This document shows, one piece after another, positions 12,265 through 24,022 of a DNA stretch of 64,000 bases. Below the pieces are notes generated by a model. It saw only the letters and a list, made by a program, of their open reading frames with translations. It was not told the origin of the DNA and made no database searches. The position numbers and the translations under genes are program-made. The stretch covers positions 9,982,001 through 10,046,000 of the forward strand of contig JBHGNT010000014.1 in the NCBI GenBank assembly GCA_043228905.1, given 5' to 3'. Source of the DNA: Azolla caroliniana (taxonomy: Eukaryota > Plantae > Polypodiophyta). The first letter of the stretch is position 1; each line of letters begins with the position of its first letter.

Positions 12265-15200
12265 TGTTGGGATTAAGATCCCTTCGGATGGGATGGTCGG
12301 ATTTCGAAGATGAATGCCGACGAGCCCGGTTTCGGTTTCGGATCCGGATGATGAAGACCCCGGCTTCGGTGCCGGATGACGAATGTACCCGGAGAGCGAT
12401 CCGGATGCAGGGACATATCCGTGAATATGTTCGCTATGGGCCCCTGAGGCTATGGTTGTAAATAGCCCCAAAGTCATATATGTATAAATATGACTTAGGG
12501 CAAACTGTTTTGTTGTTGTTGATCATTTTTCTGTTTTTCCACTCAAGAGGAGTGAAGAGTGTGCAACCGTGAGAGAGAGAGAGAGATAGAGCGTGAGAGA
12601 GGAAGAGGACGACGCCTCTTTGTATTTCCGCCGCCTGTGGCGAGGACAGCGAGCTCAAGGTCGTCGCCTTGCAGCTCGCCATTGTATACTTCTCTGTGTA
12701 TAGTGGTGGTTTGGAGTCTTGTACTCCCGTGGTTTTTCCCGTTTAGGGTTTTCCACGTTAATCCCTGCGTATTCGTGTTTCTCTCTGTGGTTTCCTATTT
12801 TCTGCTGCATTGATTCGCACTTACTCGGTTGTGGCCGAGCGAAGAAGGAGAATCGAAGCGTCGATTCCCAACAAACTGGTATCAGAGCGATTGCTGCGGA
12901 AAATGGAAGGCGGCGGCAGCGGGCAGCCGGGGATGATGGTGCTGACTGCGCAGAATTACGCCGACTGGAAGATCAAGATGGAGGATCTTCTGATTGTTCG
13001 GGACCTGTACGAACCGATCGACAGGTCGGAAATACCGAAAGGGGTACTTGAGTCGGAATGGAGGCTTCTGAACCGGAAAGCCGTTGCAACCATTCGGCAA
13101 TATGTCGACGTGAGCGTTCTACAACATGTGGCGAACGACACCAACGCATATGAGATGTGGCGGAAGCTGTCGGGCCTCTACGAGAGGAAAAATGCGTTGA
13201 ACCGGACCTCCCTGATGAGGAAGATAGTGAACCTCAAGTACCGGGACTGCGAGAGTATGGTGGAACACGTAAGCACGTTCATGGGATTCGTGAATCAGCT
13301 TGCGGCGATCATGTTCCCGATGGATGATGCAATGCAAGCCATCATCCTGATGTGTACATTGCCGGAAAGCTGGGAGAACTTGGTGGTGACTCTCAGCACC
13401 TCCTGCACAGAAGATAACTTGTCCTTACAAACGGTAAAGACAAGTATTTTGAACGAAGAAGCGCGTCGGAGAGATAAAGAACCGGCCTCCGACTCGAAGG
13501 CGCTGCTTACCGAATCGGATCGGGGAAGACAATGGAACCGGAGTCCGCAAAGGCGGGAGAAGTCGGGGACCCGGTCGCAGTCAAGAGGAAGGCCCACATG
13601 CTTCCACTGTGGGAAGCCGGGGCACTTCCGAAAGAATTGTCGGCATTACCGAAAAGACAACGGAGCCGACGACACCGATTCGAAGAAGTCACCGGAGAGA
13701 AACGGTGCAAACCGGGGAGCCACGGACCGGAGAGGTTCGGATCGGCGAGGGCAGGACCGGAAAGGAACAACGGCACTCGCGGCAAGTGAGGAAGAAATCA
13801 TGCTCATCACCGAAGAAGGTGAACTAAACATTGCCGGCGATGAGACGACCTAGGTGGTCGATTCCGGAGCATCGTTCCACCTGACCCCGGAGAGAAGATA
13901 CTTCTCATCCTACACAGCCGGTGAGCATGGCTGTGTTCGGATGGGAAATGAAGGTACGTGCCGGATTGCCGGCATCGGAGACGTGTGGTTGACAACCCCG
14001 ACCGGATGCAAGATGCTGCTGAAGGATGTTCGACACGTTCCGGAGGTCCGATTGAACCTGATCTCGGCCGGGAGGCTAGATGATGAAGGCTACACGGGTA
14101 GCATCCGGAACGGTGTCATGAAGTTCAGCAAGGGGAGCCTGATAGTGGCTCGGGCCCGGAAGGTCAACACACTGTACCTGATGAATGCCCGGTTATGTCC
14201 GGAAGAGCTGAATGTGGCAGCCGACACTGCCGGTGAGTTGTGGCACAAAAGACTGTGCCACATGAGCGAGAAGGGGATGAAGAGGCTTACAGAAGACAAC
14301 CTTATTCCAGTGAAGCATGTGCACCTGGAGAAGTGCACCGATTGCCTGGCCGGTAAGCAGAACCGAACCTCCTTCCACTCAAGGCCACCGACGAGACGTA
14401 GCGCACCATTGGAATTGGTGCACACTGATGTGTGTCAGGTAGAAACGAAGTCACATGGCGGAGCCCAGTACTTCGTAACATTCATTGATGATCACAGCCG
14501 GAAGCTGTGGACGGCACCGTTGAAGACAAAGGACCAAGTGTTGTGCGTCTTCAAAGAACTCCACGCGAGAGTGGAAAGGGAATCCGGCAAGAAGCTGAAA
14601 GCGATACGAGCGGATAATGGAGGGGAATACCGGGGGCAGTTCCAGGAGTACTGTCGCTCGAAGGGAATCCGACTCGAGTTTACTGTGCCGAAGACGCCGG
14701 AACTGAACGGGCTGGCCGAGAGGATGAACCGGACCATAATGGAGAGGGTCCGGAGTATGCTGGCGCATGCGAAATTACCCAAGGGGTTTTGGGCTGAGGC
14801 AATGTCAACGGCGACATATGTGATAAACCGATCACCCTCAGTACCTTTGGACGGAGACACGCCGCAGAAAGTGTGGACCGGTAAGGAAGTGTCCTACCGG
14901 CATCTGAAGGTGTTCGGGTGTCTCGCATACGTGCATGTGGCAAAGGACCGGAGAGGAAAGCTAGATCCAAAGACCCGGCCATGCATATTCCTCGGTTACG
15001 GCGACGACGAGTTCGGCTACCGAGTATGGGACCCGGTCGACAAGAAGATATTCAGGAGTCGAGATATCATCTTCATGGAGGACAAGACACTCGCCGACTG
15101 GGAGTCGGAGAAGAAGATGAAGAGCTCCAAGTCGACCGGTGAGGATCAACTCTACGAGGAGCAGTCCCGACCGGCAAGGGACCGGTTAGCACTCGAGGAT

Positions 15201-17595
15201 CCGGCCGAAGACGGTGAAGAAACAGAACCGGCCGAAGAAGATGAAAATGATACCGGAACCGGCCCCGATCCCGAAATGGATTCGGATGAAGAAGAATCGG
15301 AAGAACCGGTTACCGAAGCTCCGGAACGGAGATATCCTCTAAGAGAGAGAAGGGCCCCCCGGAGATTTCCGGAACCAGAGCACGTGTTGCTAACCGACGA
15401 GGGGGAGCCGGAGAGCTTTGAAGAAGCAAAACATGACACCCAGAGCCGCAGGTGGTTGAGTGCCATGCAGGATGAGATGGATTCCCTGCATGAGAACCAC
15501 ACATATGAACTTGTGGAGTTGCCGAAAGGAAAGCGGGCACTTCGAAACAAGTGGGTGTTCAAGCTGAAACCGGGAGATGCCGGAAACCCCCCGAGATACA
15601 AAGCCCGGATCGTGGTGAAGGGGTTTCAGCAGAAGAAGGGCGTCGACTTCGACGAGATATTCGCCCCGGTAGTGAAGATGACCTCCATCCGGACGGTGCT
15701 GAGCATAGCGGCAAGCATGGACCTCGAGGTAGAACAGATGGACGTGAAGACGGCATTCCTTCACGGTGACCTCGATGAAGAGATCTACATGTAGCAACCG
15801 GAAGGATTCGAGAAGAAAGGGAAGGAGCACCTGGTATGCCGGTTGAAGAAGAGCCTTTACGGACTGAAGCAGGCTCCCCGGCAATGGTACCGGAAGTTCG
15901 ACTCCTTCATGACCGACGAAGGGTACCTCAAAACGCAGTCCGACCACTGCGTGTTTGTGAAGAAGTTCGAAGGAGGAGACTTTCTAATACTCCTCCTGTA
16001 CGTGGACGACATGTTGATCGTCGGACGGGACCAGGTCAAGATACGGATGCTGAAGAAGGCTCTTCACCGAACCTTCTCAATGAAGGACTTGGGTCCGGCG
16101 AGACAAATACTAGGGATGCACATCATCCGCGACCGGAAGAAGAAGCAGTTGTGGCTGTCACAGGAGAAGTACGTGACGAAGGTGCTTCACCGGTTCAACA
16201 TGTCGGAAGCAAGACCGGTCGGATCGACCCTCCCGGCAAACTGCAAGCTGTCCAGCAAGCAAAGTCCCAAGACGAAGGTTGAAAAGGAGGATATGATGAA
16301 AGTACCGTATGCCTCAGCCGTCGGGAGCTTGATGTACGCCATGGTGTGTACGAGACCGGACATAGGATATGCAGTCGGAGTGGTGAGCCGGTACATGAGC
16401 AATCCCGGCAAAGAGCATTGGAACGCGGCCAAGTGGATACTCCGATACCTGAAAGGCACGGCAAACGTGTGCCTCCGATTCGGCTCCGGTAAGCCCGAAC
16501 TCGACGGCTTCACCGATTCGGATATGTCGGCTGATGCAGATACCAGCCGGTCCACATCAGGGTATGTGATGACGTATGCAGGGGGAGCCGTTTCGTGGCA
16601 GTCGAGGCTGCAGAAGACGGTTGCGTTGTCAACCACGGAGGCGGAGTACATGGCAGCTGTTGAAGCCGGCAAGGAAATAATATGGATGAAGGACTTCATT
16701 AGAGAGCTCGGTATCCGGCTGGAGGAGTACCGACTCTACTGCGACAGTCAGAGTGCAATCCACCTTGCGAAGAACGCGGCCTATCACTCCCGGACGAAGC
16801 ACATCCAGCGAAGATATCACTGGATCCGGGAAAGGATAGAAGACAAGGAGTTCGTGCTAACAAAGATCCACACGGACGAGAACGGGTCGGATATGCTGAC
16901 CAAGGTGCTCACACCCGACAAGCTGGAAGCATGCCGGAAGAGGATCGGATTGGAAAGACATCCCATGCCGAAGTGAAGGGGGAGTTTGTTGGGATTAAGA
17001 TCCCTTCGGATGGGATGGTCGGATGTCGAAGATGAATGCCGACGAGCCCGGTTTCGGTTTCGGATCCGGATGATGAAGACCCCGGCTTCGGTGCCGGATG
17101 ACGAATGTACCCGGAGAGCGATCCGGATGCAGGGACATATCCGTGAATATGTTCGCTATGGGCCCCTGAGGCTATGGTTGTAAATAGCCCCAAAGTCATA
17201 TATGTATAAATATGACTTAGGGCAAACTGTTTTGTTGTTGTTGATCATTTTTCTGTTTTTCCACTCAAGAGGAGTGAAGAGTGTGCAGCCGTGAGAGAGA
17301 GAGAGAGATAGAGCGTGAGAGAGGAAGAGGACGACGCCTCTTTGTATTTCCGCCGCCTGTGGCGAGGACAGCGAGCTCAAGGTCGTCGCCTTGCAGCTCG
17401 CCATTGTATACTTCTCTGTGTATAGTGGTGGTTTGGAGTCTTGTACTCCCGTGGTTTTTCCCGTTTAGGGTTTTCCACGTTAATCCCTGCGTATTCGTGT
17501 TTCTCTCTATGGTTTCCTATTTTCTGCTGCATTGATTCGCGCTTACTCGGTTGTGGCCGAGCGAAGAAGGAGAATCGAAGCGTCGATTCCCAACA
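12265..17595 (+). mobile_element. Young Tork/Tnt1-like Ty1/copia element B
   Basis: 609-bp LTRs at 12265-12873 and 16987-17595 (about 4 differences by eye); TSD ATTTG; PBS TGGTATCAGAGC at 12877; PPT GAAGGGGGAG. Confidence 0.96.
12903..16976 (+). pseudogene. gag-pol polyprotein of element B with two in-frame stops
   Basis: CCHC, VDSGAS, integrase DDE, YVDD and RNase H motifs. TAG at 13851 and 15792 where sister copies have TGG and CAG. Confidence 0.92.
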
Positions 17596-19478
17596 ATTTG
17601 GACTCTGGACGGAATCATGATCTCTCAACGGCACTACATCCCCAACTTGTTATACAAGTTCGGGATGGCTGAGTGCAAATCCGCGGCAACCCCGCTCGAT
17701 CGCAATCTCAAACTGGATGCGAACTCCGGCACCAAAGCGTGTGAGCCGACTCAGTATCGGCAACTCATCGGGAGTCTCATCTACCTCACAATCACACAAC
17801 CCGATCTCAGTTATCCGGTCGGTCTCCTTAGCCAATTCATGCAAACACCACATGATACTCACTTGGATTGTGCTAAGCGAGTTCTACGATACGTGATCGG
17901 CACACTGGATTGCGGCATCCTCTACAAGACGGCGATGCCAATACGACTCGAGGGGTACACAGACGCTGATTGGGCCGGCTACAAAGCCGATAGAAGATCA
18001 ACCTCCGTATTTGTTTTCTGCCTCAGCAGCGGAGCAATATCCTGGAGTAGCAAGAAGCATCCTATCGTCGCTCTTTCGAGTACGGAGGCGGAATACAGGG
18101 GCACAATCATAGCTGCATGTGAAGCCGTATGGCTCAAGAGGATTTTGAAGGATCTAGGCATTCCCATCAAGGATCTGACTCCCCTTTACTGCAATAACAT
18201 GAGCAATATTTATTTGGCCCGAAACCCGGTGTTCCACGCGCGGACAAAGCACATCGAAGTGCACTATCAGTTCATCCGAGAGCGCGTTCTAGCTGGCGAT
18301 GTTGACCTTCAACACATTAGCACCAATCTTCAAACGGCCGACATCTTCACTAAAGCTTTAGGAGCCGACAAGCTATGGCAATTCATGACCGATCTCGGAT
18401 TGACGATTCCTGACCTGCCAAGCTTGAGGGGGAGTACACAAGACACTACGCAATCGCAATAACGCGTAGATTCCACAACCGCGCAAAGCCGCGAAGAAAG
18501 ACGCAGGCCGAAGCACAGACTTCGCAACTACGCACAATGCAAGCTGGAGCACGGATTCCGCAACTCCGCATAAAGCAAGTCGACACGAGTCGACGCGGAC
18601 TCCGGAACGCGAGTCGAAGCGGATTTCGGATACCGTCTGAAACCGACCCGACTTGAGCTTGAGGGGGCGTGTTGACAATCAAGGTCAACTTGGTCTAGTG
18701 TGTGAACTCACCTTGAGAGTGAATAGACACTCCAACGGTCAAGAGTTGCCATTAAGTCACCTCTTTGTATTCTAGCATTTAGTATGAGTCATAGAATCAT
18801 ATTCTATGACACATAACTTATGAGCTTTCACATTCCCCATGCTCCATGAGCCTTGTAGTTAATAAAGAGAGAGGGTGACTATATAAAGCACCCTCCTCCC
18901 ACCTTGTATCATGTTGAGTCTCTTTCTCCTTTGTTAATATACTTAACCTTGCGTATACTCTGTGTGTGTGTGTCTCTCTCTCTCTATCTCATATACACAC
19001 ACACAGTTCACACCTATTCCGCTTCACAAGAATCCATCTCTTGATTCTTTACAGTATGCTTGGTGGCATTGTCTCTCTAGGAGTGAGAGGGATGCATGTC
19101 CTCTCGTAAGTCTATCCTTCGTTGCCTGTGTCATCGAAAATTTCCCTGAGCGAGCACTGAAAGTGACTCCAAGATAGATGTATGATCCAACCACCTCAAC
19201 TGGGCTATGGGAGATAGTTAGGTGACACTTAGGAGAGAGAGATATACTTATGAACCACACAAGATGGGGGATGAGTAACTATATTAAATTAGCATTATGA
19301 TCATCAAATACAAAAATACCTACAATGAGGTATATATACATCTCATGTGCAAGGATGCACATGTGTGAGGATAATATAGGTACAAAACTGTAAGTCCTAT
19401 ATTAAATGTACTTTGGAGTGGAGGATCTAGAATATCCCACTTAAGTACAAGGTCCTATTTAAGGCGTTATAGTCAACA

Positions 19479-19562
19479 CTTCTAACTAGATTCTATCTAG
19501 GTAACTACGAAGTTGCACGGTTGACTAACTAACTAAACTACGTTGACCTTGATCTCTCAACA
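19479..19562 (-). mobile_element. Terminal 84 bp of another copia LTR (element Y), into which copia A inserted
   Basis: Minus strand starts TGTTGAGAGATCAAGGTCAAC, like the other copia LTR starts, and abuts the RT coding sequence at 19563. Confidence 0.6.
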
Positions 19563-21108
19563 GGGGTTTACGATGTCCAAATCAGACTCTTCGTTATTCA
19601 TTTGGCAAGGTCAACATGGATCGGTATGTCTTTTACTTTATGTTGATGATTTAGTCATCGCCGGTGCCGACCTGGAAGAAATCCGCCTTGTAAAGTGTCA
19701 ACTTGCGGCATCATTCAAAATGAAGGATCTTGGAAACCTTCATTACTTCATCGGGATCGAAGTGATTCGTTCTCACGAAGGCATATTAATTAGTCAGCGT
19801 CATTACGCACTGAATATGCTCTTCAAGTTCAGGATGGCAGATTGTAAGCCCATCTCGACCCCTTTGGATAGGACCTTAAACCTTAGCCGAGATTCGGGAA
19901 AGGTGTGCGACCCGACACGGTTTCGACAAATTATCAGAAGCCTCATTTACTTGACGATCACTCGGCCCGACCTCAACTCTCCGGTCGGAATCATCAGTCA
20001 GTTTATGTCGTAGCCCACGACCGAACACCTTTAGTGCGTGCAAAGAATATTATGATATGTCAGTGGCACGAAAGACATGGCGTTGTTGTATAGTGCAGGC
20101 ATAGCCGGACAGTTAGTCGGCTACATGGATGCCAATTGGGCCGGAAATGCCCCCGATCGTAGATCCACGTTTGGATACGCATTCTCATTGGGAAGTGTGG
20201 CGATCGCATGGAGTAGTAAGAAGCAGCCGACAGTAGCATTGTCGAGCACGGAGGCCGAATATCCAGGGGTGATTATCGCTACATTCGAAGTGATCTGGCT
20301 GAAACGGCTATTACAGGATTTGCAAGTGGAGGTGTCCGATCCAACGATGATCTATTGCGACAACCTCAGCAGCATCCACGTTGCGAATAATCCTGTGTTC
20401 CACGCCCAGACCAAGCACATTGAGGTGCATTATCATTTCGTCCACTAGTGTGTCCTTTCTGGTGAAGTCGAACTGGCATATGTTCCGACGGGTCGGCAGA
20501 TTGCCGACATCTTCACCAAGCCCCTTGTTCTCGACAAGTTACGGCATTTCTCGGGAGAGCTAGGTTTACGTCACCTTGACACGCCGAACTTAAGGGGGAG
20601 ACAGGAACATGAGCATGAAAGAAGCGGTAATGACCACTATGCCGAAACGGATAAAGAATTTGATTTCGGGCCTGTTGAAGAAGCTGAAGAAGAAGGAAAT
20701 AGGGGCCGTAATTGTAAGGAAGAGTGGAAGACAGCCAAGAAGGGCGTAAAGGCCAAGACCAAGACGTGGTCTAATGTTGTCAAGGGCCTAAAGGCAGAAG
20801 ATGAATTGGAGACAGCCAATTCGCGCGAAAGTGGAATTGAATCAGAAGTGTCTGATTTAATCAAAATGCTTGCTTCAGACATTACTAATCGACTGAGGGC
20901 CAAGTGGAGGAAAGGGCAGTGAAAGAGGTGCCCACACCGTGACAACAAGGGAGCTGAGAAGGGCTGCATGAGCAGACAAGCCGATCGGAAGGGTCAAAGT
21001 GCGCGGAATCAAATGGGTCGAGGAGTGCGAACGAGGCGTGAAGCCAGGAGAAGCCAAAGCAAAGATCCAGAGGAGCACGTGGAACCTCATGTTGAGCTTG
21101 AGGGGGAG
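19563..21108 (+). pseudogene. Copia element X: RT/RNase H remnant with C-terminal extension and PPT
   Basis: LLYVDD and RTKHIEVHYH-type motifs with stops; PPT GAGGGGGAG ends at 21108. Confidence 0.85.
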
Positions 21109-21565
21109 TATTGAGAGACAAGCTCAACATTGGGTGCGTAAATGGGTATGTAACCTAGTACATAGATTGGGTGCCTAAAACCGTATGCAAAATATGGCCG
21201 TGGCAGTGTTTAAACCGAAAGGCCGTTAGAACGTTATTCCTCGTAAGGAATAGTTTTAGGAGTTAGTGTAGGAGGCTCATTTATGAGTGGTCAAGTACTG
21301 TCAGTACTTGTGTCAGCCCAATAGTCGGGGCTTCTATAAAAGATGCTCATTGAGCACCAAATATGTATAGAGAACATATAGAGAATTATTGAATATAGTC
21401 TTGTAGTTTCTGCTCTCTCTCTCTCTCTGTTTGTCACTCGCTCTCTTTCTCTGTTATTTCTATGTTTTTACGAACTGTCGTACTACCGAACCATGTACTT
21501 TGTGTTCTTACGCATACGCTTCTGCACATGCATTCTTTTACAAGAATCGCCATCAATTCTTTACA
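21109..21565 (+). repeat. LTR shared by element X (as 3' LTR) and element A' (as 5' LTR)
   Basis: Preceded by a PPT and followed by PBS TGGTATCAGAGC (21566) and gag; TATAAAA at ~21335; ends TTTACA. Confidence 0.8.
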
Positions 21566-23743
21566 TGGTATCAGAGCGGTTTGGTAGCTCGATCTAGCCC
21601 ATCCACATGTGTTGTGCTCTACGCTGACATTCAAGAAGAACCAACTCATCGCTATCGTAGTGTGGCTACCTAGCTCGTATTCAAGAGAGAAGAAGAAGGA
21701 AGAAATCTACATCGAACACCATGAATACTCAAATGGGGAGCACTCTCCGTAGCGAGAAATAGGACCGAAACAACTTCGCGTCTTGGGAATACAAGATGCA
21801 CGAATACCTTGTTGGTCAAGGTTATTGGAACTACATCAAAGGAGCACAAGAAAATCGACCCGACCCAAAGGACATTGACTACGCAACATGGGAGCACGAG
21901 GCGAGTCGAGTAATGTATTTCTTGGCGACATGTGTTCATGACCACATGCTCAGATACATTCGAGAAGCCACGACACCAAAGGAAGCATGGGAGAATCTAA
22001 GGAAGATATTTGCCGCCAATACAACAGCACGAAAGCTTGAACTCCGCCAAAAGTTGAACATCCAAAAATGGGACATGTCCATCACAAGCTTCACCTTGAA
22101 GATCTGTTGGGAATCGGCGCTTCGATTCACCTTCACCGCTCGGCCACAACCGAGTAATCGCGAATCAATGCAGCAGAAAATAGGAACCACAGAGAGAAAC
22201 ACACGAATACACAGTGATTAACGTGGAAAACCCTAGATGGGAAAAACCACGGGAGTACAAGACTCCTAACCAACACTATACAAAGAGAAGTATACAATGG
22301 CGAGCTGCAAGGCGACGACCTTGAGCTCGCTGTCCTCGCCACAGGCGGCGGAAATACACAGAGGCGTCTACCTCTCCCTCTCTCCACACTCTATCTCTCT
22401 CTCTCTCTCACGGCTGCTCTCTCTTCACTCCTCTTGAGTGGAAAAACAAAAAAATGAGTAGCAACTACAAACTGTTTGCCCTAAGTCATATTTATACACA
22501 TATGACTTTCGGGCTATTTACAAATATAGCTTCAAGGGCCCTTGGCAAACATATTCACAGATATGTCCCCGCATCCGGATCTCTCTCCGGGTACATACGG
22601 CATCCGGCTCCGTAACCGGGGTCTTCAGCATCCGGCTCCGTAACCGGGTACTCTTCATCCGGCGGTTCCGTAACAGCCTCCGGGCTTGCCATCATTCATC
22701 TCCGGACATCCCATCCGGAGGGACCGAAATCCCAACAAACTCCCCCTTCACTTCGGCATGGGATGTCTCTCCAACCCGATCCTCTTCCGGCATGCTTCCA
22801 GCTTGTCGGGTGTGAGCACCTTGGTCAACATATCCGACCCGTTCTCGTCCGTGTGGATCTTCGTCAGCACGAACTCCTTGTCTTCTATCCTTTCCCGGAT
22901 CCAGTGGTATCTACGCTGGATGTGTTTCGTCCGGGAATGGTAGGCCGCGTTCTTTGCAAGGTGGATGGCACTCTGGACTATCGCAGTAGAGTCGGTACTC
23001 CTCCTGCCGGATACCGAGCTCTCTGACGAAGTCCTTCATCCATATTATTTCCTTGCCGGCTTCAACAGCCGCCATGTACTCCGCCTCCGTGGTTGACAAC
23101 GCATACGTCTTCTGCAACCTCGACTGCCACGAAACGGCTCCCCCTGCATACGTCATCACATACCCTGATGTGGACCGGCTGGTATCTGCTGTCATGAAGA
23201 CATACATCTTGGCTTATCATGACATTCATCTTGGCGAACCAGGAATCGAACCCATAACCTCTTGGTTTACATATTGTACTTTAACCATTGTAATAACATA
23301 TGTGAGATGTAATCATAATAATTATATGTTTAGTTATTACGAGATATTTAGAACATTCTAGATTATTCTAGAATGTTCTTTGAATATTCATGATTATATT
23401 TATTATTATTAGTTATTCATAAATATCTAAAATATTCTAGAACATTCTAGAATACTCCATAAGGGCCTATAAATAAGAGTCCATACACTCATCACAACTC
23501 ATTCGGTTCAACACCAGTCTTTAGCCCTTAGCCAACTCCTTGTAATCTTCTTTCTCATAATATAATCGCATTCCCATTTCTTATCTCTCACTTTATACTT
23601 TTCTCTCTCTCGCACTCTCTCCCTCTTTCACTCTCTTTCTATCACTATCGCTATCTCTACCGCTCTCGCCCATCTCTATCGTTATCGTTATCTCTATCGC
23701 CATCGCTCTCTCTCTCTGCTTCCTACTCAAGAGTCACGACAGT

Positions 23744-23754
23744 TTGAACCGAAT
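23744..23754 (+). other. Self-priming-type PBS TTGAACCGAAT, complementary to the predicted first 11 nt of the element RNA
   Basis: Lies 2 nt after the LTR end (...CACGACA GT). It is the reverse complement of ATTCGGTTCAA (23501-23511), which starts 33 nt after TATAAATA at 23468. Confidence 0.7.
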
Positions 23755-23955
23755 GAGTTGTGATGAGTGTATGGACTCTTATTTATAGGCCCTTATGGAG
23801 TATTCTAGAATGTTCTAGAATATTTTAGATATTTATGAATAATAATAATAATAAATATAATCATGAAATATTCAAGAACATTCTAGAATAATCTAGAATG
23901 TTCTAAATATCTCGTAATAACTAAACATATAATTATTATGATTACATCTCACATA

Positions 23956-24022
23956 TGTTATTACAATGGTTAAAGTACAATATGTAAACCAAGAGGTTAT
24001 GGGTTCGATTCCTGGTTCGCCA
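23956..24022 (+). promoter_or_regulatory. tRNA-like Pol III A/B-box module in U3, antisense to the LTR (copies also at ~23232-23298, ~32864-32930, ~33516-33582)
   Basis: CAATGGTTAAAG...GGGTTCGATTCCTGGTTCGCCA; the GG-to-TTC distance equals the tRNA G18-T54 spacing; stems are degenerate. Confidence 0.55.

Larger units (their letters stand above)
8703..19053 (+). mobile_element. Full-length but defective Ty1/copia element A2
   Basis: LTRs 8703-9081 and 18670-19053; TSD GTATG; PBS TGGTATCAGAG at 9082; PPT ending at 18669. gag-PR-IN-RT-RH runs 9241-18462 with frameshifts, stops and internal deletions. Confidence 0.92.
7271..19232 (-). mobile_element. 5'-truncated LINE with (TTTC)n tail, inserted in the GA tract of the copia A LTR and split by copia A2
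   Basis: ORF 19059-19232 (YIYLGV RT thumb ... QCHQAY) continues in frame into 7471-8702 (FQEPQTK ... RISSHQLEIENGR..CRLC..EDEYHF.C). Confidence 0.85.
1..19478 (-). mobile_element. Degenerate Ty1/copia element A (3' part outside window), disrupted by several nested insertions
   Basis: Integrase at 1-580, GAG-pre-integrase/protease (WFVDSGAS)/zinc knuckle at 1585-2622, and gag at 6486-7005. PBS TGGTATCAGAG (tRNA-iMet) is the reverse complement of 7127-7137. The 5' LTR is split by a LINE into ~7138-7270 and ~19233-19478 and starts TGTTGAC on the minus strand. Confidence 0.85.

Noticed and set aside
13851-13853. Programmed gag/pol stop read-through in element B
   Set aside because: Sister copies C and D have TGG at this position, so it is a point mutation.
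23956-24022. Functional tRNA gene
   Set aside because: The acceptor, anticodon and T stems do not pair properly, and CCA comes about 4 nt early.
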